From the NCBI GenBank assembly GCA_964291295.2, contig OZ219754.1, positions 1,472,001-1,536,000 of the forward strand: a stretch of 64,000 bases of DNA. The letters run 5' to 3'. Made by a program: the position numbers and the translations under genes. The notes under the pieces are model-generated. The model searched no databases, had not been told where the DNA came from, and worked only from the letters and a program-made list of their open reading frames with translations. The DNA comes from an uncultured Candidatus Binatia bacterium. GTDB taxonomy: Bacteria; Desulfobacterota; Binatia; UBA9968; JAJDTQ01. Shown one piece after another: positions 51,847 through 61,085 of this stretch (the first letter of the stretch is position 1; each line of letters opens with the position of its first letter).

Positions 51847-52530
51847 TCACTCGCGGTTCAGTTCGGCGATGTAGTCCGGCAGATCCGCTTCGAGACTGTA
51901 CTCCGGTGCGTACCCCAGTTCGGCTCGGCACGGGTGAACTCCATGCGCGGGCACGCGGGGTGCAAGATTGCCTCGGCGCAGGCGCATGTCGGGTAAGACT
52001 TTGTGTAAAGCGCCGCCTCGACGTTCTCGACGGTGGGTAGGGCACCGCTGCCGAGGTTGTCGGTGTCGTGGGGCAGCGTCGCGGTGTGCACCGCCGCGCA
52101 ATGCCCTCGGCGAGGTCCTCGACGTACACGAGATACGCGGTTTCGTGGGCGTTGAGCACCGCCTCTTTCCGGCCATGGCGGCCCACACGGCCTCCTGAAC
52201 CGCCACTCCCGGACCGCGGCCACGGCTCGGTATCCGTGGGCTCCAGTGAAGCGCAGCATCACGAGCCCGAAGGCTTGTCTGGCGGCGGAGCTCTTCAGCA
52301 CGTGCGCGCACGCCAGCTTCGATGCGTTGTGCACGCACCCGCGGCCGTCCACGGGCGAATCTTCCCGGAGCTACGTCCCGGCATCGGCGCCTTGGTACGC
52401 GGCCTGTGTGCTGGCATGTAACAGCCGCCGCAGGCCGGCCAGCCGGACGGCTTCGGCGACGTTGAGCGTCGCCACCAAGTTGACCCGGAACGCTGTGTAT
52501 GGGTTCGGGATCCTGGCCTCGCCGCCGGAC
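51847..52530 (-). pseudogene. NAD-dependent epimerase/dehydratase pseudogene
   Basis: VNLVATLNVAEA...HASTQAAY, stop at 52371, NASKLAC, then frameshifted VYVEDLAEG, NLGSG, ELGYAPEYSLE segments in different frames; 5' end missing. Confidence 0.75.
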
Positions 52531-52745
52531 GCCGCCGGAGGGACGACGCATCTTCGAGCCCGGGAATTCACACCATCCCTGAACCGTCTCTGCTCCCCTC
52601 GTCCCCGCACCCCGCTACACCACCCGAGCCCGTTTGTCGCGCTCCCCGCGGCGGCCCGGGCGGCTTTGCATCGCCCGCGGTCCCTGCTACCCGTGACGGG
52701 TGGCCGCACCGCGTCCGCCGCGCCAGCGCGCCAGGAGTCGTTCTC

Positions 52746-53762
52746 ATGGTCATCGACGTTCATACCCACATCGTCCCCGAACGCTTTCCGCCGGTGGGGA
52801 GCCGCGCCGCGGGTCATCGCTGGCCGTCCATGGACCACACCGGTCCGGACAGCGCCAACGTCATGATCGCGGGCCGGAACTTCCGCACGGTGCGGGACCG
52901 TTGCTGGTCGGTGCCGCGGCGCTTGCGGGACATGGCGGCTCCCGACTACGCGGTGGACCGTCAGGTGCTGTCGCCCATGCCGGAGCTCCCGGCCTGGCGG
53001 CTGGAGCCGCGCGACGGGCTCGATCTGGCGCGCTGGCTGAACGAGGTTCTGATGCGCATGGTGGATCAGGCACCGGACCGCTTCTATGCGCTGGGTTCGG
53101 TGCCGCTCCAGGACGTCGAACTGGCCGCCGGGGAGCTTCGACGGGTCAAGTCGCTGGGCCTTCACGGCGTCGAGTTGCTGAGCAATGTCAACGGCAGGAG
53201 CCTGGGCGAAGACGCGTTCCTGCCCTTTTTCAAAGCCGCCGAGGAGCTGGCCGTGCCCATCTTCGTGCATGCCCAGCACGCCACTTTCATGGACCGGGTG
53301 GTGGGGCCGCCTTTCCTCGAGAACATCGTGGCGTTCCCCCTGGAAGGCGCGCTGGGCATCGCCAGCATGATTACCGGGGGGCTCATGGAGGCGTGCCCGC
53401 GGCTCAATCTCTGTTTCAGCCATGGCGGCGGCACCTTCATCCAGCTCCTGCCACGCCTGGAGAACGCCTGGCACAAGAACCCCCGCTTCCAGGCACTCAT
53501 GCCTCGGAAACCTTCCGAATACGCCCGCATGTTCTTCTATGACGACGTGTTCTTCGACGACCGCACGGTGCGCTATCTAATGGATACGGTGGGCGCGAGC
53601 CAGGTGCTCATCGGCTCGGACTATCCGTTCATGTTCCGGGACCAGTCGCCGGAGGAGGAGTTCGACGCTCTGGGGCTCGGTGCCGAGGAGCGGGAATGGG
53701 TATCTTCCGGCAACTGCCTGCGGTTCCTCGGCCTGGCGGCGGACCCGGGAAGCGATGCGTGA
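52746..53762 (+). CDS. Amidohydrolase 2 family (ACMSD-like decarboxylase)
   Basis: IDVHTH, FVHA, SHGGG, IGSDYPF. Confidence 0.9.
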   Translation: MVIDVHTHIVPERFPPVGSRAAGHRWPSMDHTGPDSANVMIAGRNFRTVRDRCWSVPRRLRDMAAPDYAVDRQVLSPMPELPAWRLEPRDGLDLARWLNEVLMRMVDQAPDRFYALGSVPLQDVELAAGELRRVKSLGLHGVELLSNVNGRSLGEDAFLPFFKAAEELAVPIFVHAQHATFMDRVVGPPFLENIVAFPLEGALGIASMITGGLMEACPRLNLCFSHGGGTFIQLLPRLENAWHKNPRFQALMPRKPSEYARMFFYDDVFFDDRTVRYLMDTVGASQVLIGSDYPFMFRDQSPEEEFDALGLGAEEREWVSSGNCLRFLGLAADPGSDA

Positions 53763-54408
53763 CGATGCATGACGATGCGTGAAATGGGGCACCTCGCGCC
53801 ACTCTGTTGAAAAGTTGCGTCGCACGAGGCTCGCCCGCGTTCCTCCACCACGCCACGGCAACAAACGAACTCCCGGGCTTCCGGGACGAACTTCCGGAGC
53901 GAACTCCCGAAACACAGTCCCGATGCGAGCTCCCGACCCCCGCCGGTGTCAGATTGTGGTGAGCCCGTACAGTTCTGTGGTAGCCCCGCACCGTTGCCGT
54001 AGATCTGTCACGAGCGCGTACATCTGCTTGAGTCACAAGCCCGTACAGATATCCGTACATCTGTCCGGACAGCTGTACGTACATCTGCTTGATCTTGCCC
54101 CGACCGCGGGTGTAGCGTTGTCCAATGCCCTGTGCCCACCGTCAGACCGCCAGCATGAAACTCGACGCATAAGGTACAGACAGGGAAGTACGGTCGCAGG
54201 AAAATGCAGACAGTGGAAATATCAACAGGAAACAAGCAGGGCCTGTCCACGGCCTTCCCCCTGTCGCCGTTGCAAGTCCCGTTGCAAGTCCATGGGGTCC
54301 GAACGCGACGGAAGCGTTGAAACCGGAGCGTTGCGGCCGGGGCGTTGAATCCGGAGTATTGAGTCCGGCGTGTTGAATCCGGCGCGTTGAATCCGAAAGT
54401 CTCAAGCC

Positions 54409-55299
54409 GTGATCAAGGGTATCGTCATCCCGGTCATTACCCCGTTCGAACACGACGGAACGGTGGACGAGCCGATGCTCCGGCAACTGGTGGACTTCCA
54501 TGTCGGCGCCGGCGTCCAGGGTCTGTTCATGCTGGGCTCCTCGGGGCAGGGGCCGGCCATGTCCATGGCGGAGCGCAAGCGCACGGCCGAGATCGCCGCT
54601 CACCAGAACGCCGGGCGCGCACCGCTCATCGTGCACGTGGGAACGGCCGACGCCGAGAGCACCGTGGAGTTGGCGCGCCACGCCGCGGATCAGGGCGTTG
54701 ACGGCATCGGCGTGATCCCGCCGTACTACTATGCCGACCACTCGGAGTACGAGATCATGGCCCATTTCCGGGCGGTGGCGGACGCGGTGCCGCTGCCCAT
54801 CTTCATCTACGAGAACCCGAAGTACTCGGGGATCTCCATCGCACCGCCCTTCGCGCAGCGCATGAAGCAGGAGCTCCCCGCCATCCGCGGCATCAAGGTG
54901 GCCTACGGCGCCGGTGCGATGCTGGACTACGTGCGGCTGTTCCCGCCGGACGTGGCGGTGTTCACCGGCAACGCCGACATTTTCGGGCTGGTGCCCTTCG
55001 GGGTGGCGGGCATGATCAATCCGCCCACGAGCTGCATTCCCGAACTGTGCGTCGAGCTGTGGCGCGCCCTGGAGCGCCAGGACTACCACCAGGCCGTGCG
55101 GTTGCAGCGGCGGGTCAACGATGTCACCGCCGTGGTCATCGGGCAGATCAGGCGTCACGGCCGGGCGGTGGTGGCCGAGATGTACCGCCTGCGCGGGTTT
55201 GCCGTCAAGCGGTTCCCGAAATGGGAGACCCGGCCGTTGTCGCCGGAGGCGCGGGAATCGGTGCACCGCGAGCTGAGCCGCGGCGGTTTCCTGGGCTGA
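54409..55299 (+). CDS. DHDPS/NAL-family aldolase/dehydratase
   Basis: ITPF, LGSSGQ, IPPYY, IYENP, Schiff-base GIK. Confidence 0.88.
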   Translation: MIKGIVIPVITPFEHDGTVDEPMLRQLVDFHVGAGVQGLFMLGSSGQGPAMSMAERKRTAEIAAHQNAGRAPLIVHVGTADAESTVELARHAADQGVDGIGVIPPYYYADHSEYEIMAHFRAVADAVPLPIFIYENPKYSGISIAPPFAQRMKQELPAIRGIKVAYGAGAMLDYVRLFPPDVAVFTGNADIFGLVPFGVAGMINPPTSCIPELCVELWRALERQDYHQAVRLQRRVNDVTAVVIGQIRRHGRAVVAEMYRLRGFAVKRFPKWETRPLSPEARESVHRELSRGGFLG

Positions 55300-55329
55300 C
55301 ACGGCCGGGTGCTGAGCCGGGGTGACGGA

Positions 55330-56544
55330 ATGGACACGTTCAGGAGCACCAACAGGGACATCCCGAGGGTGGGGCGCGGCACTCCCGCCGGCGAGTGGCT
55401 GCGGCGTTACTGGCTGGCGGTGGGCACGGAGGCGGAGCTTCATGACGTGCCCTTGGCCGTGCGGGTCCTGGGCGAGGATCTGGTGCTGTTCCGTGATCGG
55501 CGGGGCCGGCTGGGGCTTGTCGGCCAGAGCTGCTCCCACCGCGGATCGTCCCTGGAATATGGCGACATCGAAGCGCGCGGCATCCGCTGCCCCTATCACG
55601 GTTGGCTCTACGACGTTTCGGGAAACTGTCTGGAGCAGCCGTCCGAGCCGCCGGAGAGCGCCTTCTGCGCCAAGGTGAAGCACCCGGCCTTTCCGGTGCG
55701 GACGTTGGGCGGTTTGATCTTCGCCTACCTGGGGCCGGACCCGGCCAGTCCGCCGCCCCTGCCCAACTATTCCCCGCTGGTGGATCACGGCGGTCAGCGG
55801 TTGGTGGAAAGCACCCGCTACTTCGACTACAACTGGTTCAACTTCTACGAGAACAGCGCCGACCCCTGCCACGTCTGGCTACTGCACAGCCGCAGCGCCT
55901 ACGGCGAGCAGACCTGGGGCGGGGCGTTCTTCAGCGCCGGCAACCCGCCCGCCTACGAGCCGGTGGAGACCCCGTACGGCATGAAGATCGTCATGTCCAA
56001 GCCGGGTCCGGCGGAGGGCACCGCGTTCGTGGACGAGATGAGCCTCGGGCTGCCGAGCATCCTGCAGGTGGGGGATACCGAGTTCGTGCACGCGCGGGTT
56101 GCGCCCGAGGTGCTGGAGACGGTGGGTTCCAACTACGAACACTTCATGCTCCTCACGCCCAACGACGACCACCACTTCATGCTGTTCACCGTGGACTACT
56201 ACACCGGTCCGGACCCCGACATCTTCGAGCGGCTGGGGCGCATGAGGAAGCGGGAAGTGCCCAGGGACGAAGTCAAGCCCTACGACAGGCGGCCGCTCAT
56301 GCCCTTCCGTGGCAACATCCGTCAGGAAGACATGGTCACCCAGGGCACTCAGCGGCTTCTGGGCGAACGGGAGGAACGGCTGGGAACCTCGGACCGCGGC
56401 ATCATCATGCTGCGGCGGATGGTCCGGAACGCCATCGATGCCGTGGCCGCGGGCCGGGAACCCAAGGGGTTGCGACTTGAGGAAAACGCGGAGGGCCTGG
56501 TGAAGCTGGATTCGTTCGTGGGGGTGAGGCCCGCGGGTCCGTGA
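55330..56544 (+). CDS. Rieske non-heme iron oxygenase alpha subunit (phthalate dioxygenase/LigX-like)
   Basis: CSHRG...CPYHGW, ENSADPCHVWLLH, QED, LGTSDRGI. Confidence 0.9.
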   Translation: MDTFRSTNRDIPRVGRGTPAGEWLRRYWLAVGTEAELHDVPLAVRVLGEDLVLFRDRRGRLGLVGQSCSHRGSSLEYGDIEARGIRCPYHGWLYDVSGNCLEQPSEPPESAFCAKVKHPAFPVRTLGGLIFAYLGPDPASPPPLPNYSPLVDHGGQRLVESTRYFDYNWFNFYENSADPCHVWLLHSRSAYGEQTWGGAFFSAGNPPAYEPVETPYGMKIVMSKPGPAEGTAFVDEMSLGLPSILQVGDTEFVHARVAPEVLETVGSNYEHFMLLTPNDDHHFMLFTVDYYTGPDPDIFERLGRMRKREVPRDEVKPYDRRPLMPFRGNIRQEDMVTQGTQRLLGEREERLGTSDRGIIMLRRMVRNAIDAVAAGREPKGLRLEENAEGLVKLDSFVGVRPAGP

Positions 56545-57440
56545 ACGCCGTGTCCAGGGTTGTCGTCACCGGCGGCAGCGGCCGCCTCGGACAGCAGACC
56601 ATCGGCCACCTGCTGGAACATGGCTATCAGGCGTTGAGCCTCGACATCGCGCCGCCGCCGAAGCCGCTGTGCCAATCCTGGATCTGCGACCTGCGCCGCC
56701 CGGGAGACCTCTACGAGGCCTTCAGGGGCGCCGGTGCGGTGATCCATCTCGGCGCGTATCAGGCCCCCGGCCTGGCGCCGGACTGCGAGACCTTCAGCAA
56801 CAATGTCACCGCTACCTACAACGTGCTCAAGGCCGCCGTGGACCTGGGTGTGCCGCGCGTGGTGTGCGCCTCGAGCGTGGCCGCCTACGGATTCCTTTAC
56901 GCCCCGGCATTCCGGGCGCCGGAGTACCTGCCGCTGGACGAGGCCCATCCGTGCCGGCCGCAGGATCCCTATGCCCTCTCCAAGGTATTCGGCGAGCAAC
57001 TGGCGGATTCCTGCACGCGCTACAGCGATGTGACGGTGGTCAGCCTGCGTTTCAGCGGCGTCCAGTTCGATTCGACCTACGCGACGCTCCCGGAGCGCTG
57101 GGCCGACCCCGGGGCGAAGATGGGAACGTTCTGGAGCTACATCGACGCGCGGGACGCGGTGGTGGCTTGCCGCCTGGCCGTTGAAACCCCCCTGTCCGGA
57201 CACGAGGTCTTCAACATCGCCGCCGCGGCCAGCCGATACCCCGAGCCCACCGGCGAACTCGTCCGGCGGTACATCCCGGGTACCAGGATCAAGGAGGGCT
57301 ATTCCGGCCACTGGGGCGGCCTCGACGTCACCCGGGCGGCACGGAGGCTCGGCTTCAAGGCCGTGCATGGCTGGCGGGACCATCTCGGTCCCGACGGCAC
57401 TCCGAAAGCCCCTTCTCCTTCCGGGAGGGAATCGGGATGA
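56541..57440 (+). CDS. NAD-dependent epimerase/dehydratase family protein
   Basis: VTGGSGRLG, ASS, YALSK. Confidence 0.9.
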   Translation: MNAVSRVVVTGGSGRLGQQTIGHLLEHGYQALSLDIAPPPKPLCQSWICDLRRPGDLYEAFRGAGAVIHLGAYQAPGLAPDCETFSNNVTATYNVLKAAVDLGVPRVVCASSVAAYGFLYAPAFRAPEYLPLDEAHPCRPQDPYALSKVFGEQLADSCTRYSDVTVVSLRFSGVQFDSTYATLPERWADPGAKMGTFWSYIDARDAVVACRLAVETPLSGHEVFNIAAAASRYPEPTGELVRRYIPGTRIKEGYSGHWGGLDVTRAARRLGFKAVHGWRDHLGPDGTPKAPSPSGRESG

Positions 57441-57499
57441 GCGGGTCCGGGTGTCCGCGCCGCCGCCACGGACCCTGTCGCCACCGACTCTGTCCCCGG

Positions 57500-57880
57500 T
57501 CAGGCGAGCGCCACCACCTCCACTTCCACCAGCGCCCCCTTGGGCAACCCGGCCACCGCCACGGTGGTGCGGGCGGGCCTGGCGGATCCCAGACACTCCT
57601 CGTAGATGGCATTGACGTCGGCGAAATCAGCCATGTCGACAAGATAGATGGTCGTCCTGACGACCTGGCTCCAGGAGGTGCCCGCCGCCTCCAGAACCGC
57701 GGTGACGTTGGCGAGCACCCGGCGCGCCTGTTCTTTCACGCCCCCCGGGACGAGTTCGCCGGTTCCCGGCTCCAGACCGATCTGCCCGGCCGTGTAGACG
57801 AAGCCGTTGGCCTTGATGGCCTGCTGGTACGGCCCGATGGCTTCGGGTGCCTTGTGGGTATGAATCGCTTCCATGGACAT
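57500..57880 (-). CDS. ridA: RidA/YjgF family enamine deaminase
   Basis: AIGPYQQA, AGQI, PARTTV, LPKGALVEVE. Confidence 0.9.
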   Translation of the reverse strand: MSMEAIHTHKAPEAIGPYQQAIKANGFVYTAGQIGLEPGTGELVPGGVKEQARRVLANVTAVLEAAGTSWSQVVRTTIYLVDMADFADVNAIYEECLGSARPARTTVAVAGLPKGALVEVEVVALA

Positions 57881-57978
57881 GGTCTCTCCCTGGCATTGGT
57901 TGCATGTGAATCGACGGGCATGATGCCGGACTTCCGGCGAAACAGCGGACAGCGGACCTTCAGCGGAACATCCGAGCC

Positions 57979-58170
57979 ATGAGACTGATGACCGCCCACA
58001 AGATTCTCATCGGGACGTCCATCGTCTTCTTTGTCTTCTTCAGCGGCTGGGAACTGGCGAACTTTCTGGACGCCAAGGAGGCTTGGGCCCTGGTGCGGAG
58101 CGTGCTGTACCTCGGCGTTGCCGCGGGGTTCGCCGTCTATTTCAGGACCCTGAAGAACAGGGTGCTGTGA
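57979..58170 (+). CDS. Small two-TM membrane protein
   Basis: 63 aa, AHKILI then two hydrophobic helices; abuts the HNH gene. Confidence 0.65.
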   Translation: MRLMTAHKILIGTSIVFFVFFSGWELANFLDAKEAWALVRSVLYLGVAAGFAVYFRTLKNRVL

Positions 58171-58171
58171 G

Positions 58172-58444
58172 ATGGTCCCGGATCCGGACCCCTTCATCGT
58201 TCCCGTTACCGACGACGAGATCCGCCGCGAGCGCCGCAAGGCCCGCGAACTGCGCCACAGCCAGTGGTGGAAGAACCGGATCCACAAGGGCGTGTGCGCC
58301 CATTGCGGCGACCGGTTTCCCCCGCGGGAACTGACCATGGACCACTTGGTGCCCATCATCCGCGGCGGCAGGAGCACCCGGGGCAACCTCGTCCCCAGTT
58401 GCAAGCCCTGCAACAGCGCCAGGAAGCACAGTCTGCCTTTCTGA
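58172..58444 (+). CDS. Small HNH endonuclease
   Basis: CAHC...LTMDHLVP..RGG.S..GNLVPSCKPCN..K. Confidence 0.88.
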   Translation: MVPDPDPFIVPVTDDEIRRERRKARELRHSQWWKNRIHKGVCAHCGDRFPPRELTMDHLVPIIRGGRSTRGNLVPSCKPCNSARKHSLPF

Positions 58445-58495
58445 TCTCCGTGGCCGTAGCTTTCGTGGCCGTTTCGGTCCGCTCATATCGGCCTG

Positions 58496-58948
58496 CTATC
58501 TGGGCGTGTAGTCGCCGCGCAGCAGCAGTACGCGCACGTTCGCCTTGAGGCCGTAGCGCGGCACGTCGTCGAAGACCGCGCGGACCTTCTCGTGGGCAAA
58601 GTACCTGCCCGCGTCCTCGATGCTGTCGAACTCGAACTCGACGACGCGGTGCGGCGACGCGCCGAAGTAGTCATCGTAGGAAGTGATACGCTTGACTTCG
58701 TCAGGGGCCATGAGATCCTTGGCCACGCGGTTCACCCAGGCGATATACTTGTCCTTGCCGCCCAGGGGATAGTCCACCGAGTAGACGTACTTCACGGCCG
58801 CCCGGCCGTTCGTTCCCGTGGTCATTCCCTTGGCCAGTTCCTGGGCGTGGGCTTGCGAAGCCCCCGCAAGCAACTGGAATCCAAGCAGGCCGAGTGCGAA
58901 AAGCCCCGCGGCCGCCAACGCGGACCCGGGAGTTCGTCCTGATGTCAT
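58496..58948 (-). CDS. Secreted dimeric alpha-beta barrel-like protein (hypothetical)
   Basis: Signal peptide ending AHA; VEFEFDSIEDA motif. Confidence 0.65.
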   Translation of the reverse strand: MTSGRTPGSALAAAGLFALGLLGFQLLAGASQAHAQELAKGMTTGTNGRAAVKYVYSVDYPLGGKDKYIAWVNRVAKDLMAPDEVKRITSYDDYFGASPHRVVEFEFDSIEDAGRYFAHEKVRAVFDDVPRYGLKANVRVLLLRGDYTPR

Positions 58949-59050
58949 GGTTCACCCCTTTCGTTTGCGCCTGGCCATGCCCGTTCCCGCAGAGAACGAC
59001 GCATCGACACGGCATCGCCCGCGGCGCGTGGCACGTCCCCGCGGCCGCGG

Positions 59051-59755
59051 TCACTCCCCGAACGTTCTCCGGTAGTCCTCCGACGCCTGCGGGCCGGCAC
59101 GGTCGAAGACCTTCTCGCGCAAGCCGCCGGCATACTGTGCGGGAATGAAGTGGACTTTCTCGGTGAGGGACGGCTTCAGGCGCACGCCCCGGGCACGCAG
59201 CCCGTCGGCCGCGACGAGGTTGTCGAGGACAGTGCGGATCTCGTCATGGTGCGTCCACATGGCCTTGTAGACGATCCGGCCCTCCTTGCTCACGATGTGG
59301 ACCATGTTGGGCAGCGCGCCGTACAGCCGATGCACGGTGCCCGCCAGGTCGTCCACCAGCACGGGGTTCTCGATGCCGTCTTCCTCCCTGCACTTGCGCG
59401 CGTATGCCAGCTTCTGTTCGAAGTCCCGGTGCGGGCCGTAGTTCTCTCCGGGATGGGGCTCGCGCACGTAGACGGTGAAAAATTCGAAGCCCTGGTCCCG
59501 GTAGTGCCGGTACATGGCGTTGAGGGGCGAGACCTCGCCCACGAAGGGCGGTCAGGTAATGCTGCCGAATTCCAGCAGCACGTGCCTGCGGTCCCTGAAG
59601 GCGGACAGCCGGACCGTTTCGCCGTCAAGGGTCGGAAGGCTGAAATCGGGCGCCTCCTCGCCGGCGCGCAGGCGCGCGGCAAAGTCGCCGGCCTTGGCCG
59701 AACTCTCCGAGCGGTTGAACGTTTCGTAGTTGTAGACGCTGATCGACGGGTCCAT
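59051..59755 (-). CDS. Iodothyronine deiodinase-like thioredoxin-fold selenoprotein (Sec at TGA 59552-59554)
   Basis: Track ORFs 59552-59755 and 59051-59542 are one frame joined by TGA: APDF...FGSIT-U-PPF...YVREPHP...VLVDD...YGALPN. Confidence 0.9.
59525..59540 (-). promoter_or_regulatory. Bacterial SECIS element
   Basis: GGGCGA-GGTC-TCGCCC hairpin beginning 11 nt after the UGA; same spacing and AGGUCU apex as the E. coli fdhF SECIS. Confidence 0.85.
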
Positions 59756-59912
59756 GCTCGTACTCCTTCTTGCGCCGCCCGGTCTCGCCGCACCTGTTCT
59801 CGCGGCGTCTGGAAACGCTCGCGGTGCCTGGAAACGGACACGAAACTACCACGAACGAGGCCGGCGGGTCTACGGTCCACATGGGCCGGATTCCATATGG
59901 CCCCGGTCCGCA

Positions 59913-60914
59913 TCACCCCGGCGCCGCCGCCGCAGGGCCGCGGTGGAAGCCGGCGTCTTCCTCCAGGACAGCCAGCAGCCTGCGCATGTCGTCGGGCAGG
60001 GGCGCGCTCCATTCGTGCGCCGTTCCGGTCCGCGGGTGAGCCAGCGCCAGCCGTTCCGCGTGCAGCGCCTGCCGCCGGAAACTTCGCAAGGACTCCGTGA
60101 ACCGTGCGTCCCGACCCCTGTGGCCCGCGGCGCTCCGGCCGCCGTACACCGGATCGCCGGCCACCGGGTGTCCGATGTGAGCCATGTGCACACGGATCTG
60201 GTGGGTGCGTCCGGACTCCAGCCGGACCCGCAGCAGGGTATGGTTCCGGTACACCGCCCGCACGTCGTAGTGGCTGGTGGCCTGCTTGCCGCGCCGTTGC
60301 ACCGCCATGCGGGTCCGGTGGACGGGATGCCGCCCGATGGCGGCCGTGACGGTGCCGCCGGCCCGGACCGTCCCCCGGACCAGCGCCAGATACTCCCGCT
60401 TGATGCACCGCGCCTGCAGCTGGCGGACCAGGCGCAGCCGGACGGGGTCGGTCTTGGCCACCACCAGGAGCCCGGACGTATCCTTGTCCAGCCGGTGAAC
60501 GATGCCGGCCCTGGGAACCGCCTCAAGTGCGGGTGCGTGATGCAGCACCGCGTTCAGCAGGGTGTCCTCGGGGTTGCCGGCGCCGGGATGGACCACCATG
60601 CCCGCGGGCTTGTTGATCACCATCAGCGCCGCGTCCTCGTGGACGATGTCCAGCGGTATGGGCTGGGCCTTCCATGAGACTTCGGCGGGCTCCGGCAACG
60701 CCAGGGCAATGGAGGCGCCGGCCGCGACCTTGTCCGAGCACTGGGGAACGCGGCCGTCCAGGGTGACATGTCCTTCCCGGACCCCTCGCTGGAGCCGCGA
60801 CCGCGAGTGGTCCGGCAACAGTATCGCCAGTGCCGCGTCCAGCCGCTTGCCGTGCAGCGCCGCCGGAACGGTCAGCCGTATCCCGGGCTTCGGGTCGTGG
60901 GTGGTGGTGCTCAT
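59913..60914 (-). CDS. rluD: 23S rRNA pseudouridine synthase RluD
   Basis: S4-like RLD...SRS, NKPAG, HRLDKDTSG, GRTHQIRVH, QALHA. Confidence 0.92.
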   Translation of the reverse strand: MSTTTHDPKPGIRLTVPAALHGKRLDAALAILLPDHSRSRLQRGVREGHVTLDGRVPQCSDKVAAGASIALALPEPAEVSWKAQPIPLDIVHEDAALMVINKPAGMVVHPGAGNPEDTLLNAVLHHAPALEAVPRAGIVHRLDKDTSGLLVVAKTDPVRLRLVRQLQARCIKREYLALVRGTVRAGGTVTAAIGRHPVHRTRMAVQRRGKQATSHYDVRAVYRNHTLLRVRLESGRTHQIRVHMAHIGHPVAGDPVYGGRSAAGHRGRDARFTESLRSFRRQALHAERLALAHPRTGTAHEWSAPLPDDMRRLLAVLEEDAGFHRGPAAAAPG

Positions 60915-61050
60915 GGCGGAGGTCGAGACCGCTCCGTTCGGATGGAACCGGCCCGGACTCAGGACTGTTCCGGGACTGTCTCAGGTCAAGACTGTTCCTT
61001 TCGCGGCGCGATTGCAACAAGGCCGAAGCATCGGCCCTGCCGGACCCGCA

Positions 61051-61079
61051 TTGACCGGCACACTGGCGGGCAGTAGACT
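61051..61079 (+). promoter_or_regulatory. Sigma70 promoter of the UbiD-family gene (leaderless)
   Basis: TTGACC-17 nt-TAGACT, ATG 6 nt downstream, no SD. Confidence 0.6.
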
Positions 61080-61085
61080 CCGGCC

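Noticed and set aside
53779-54348. 189-aa ORF in the long intergenic region
   Set aside because: No host-like codon bias or motifs; region consists of short duplications
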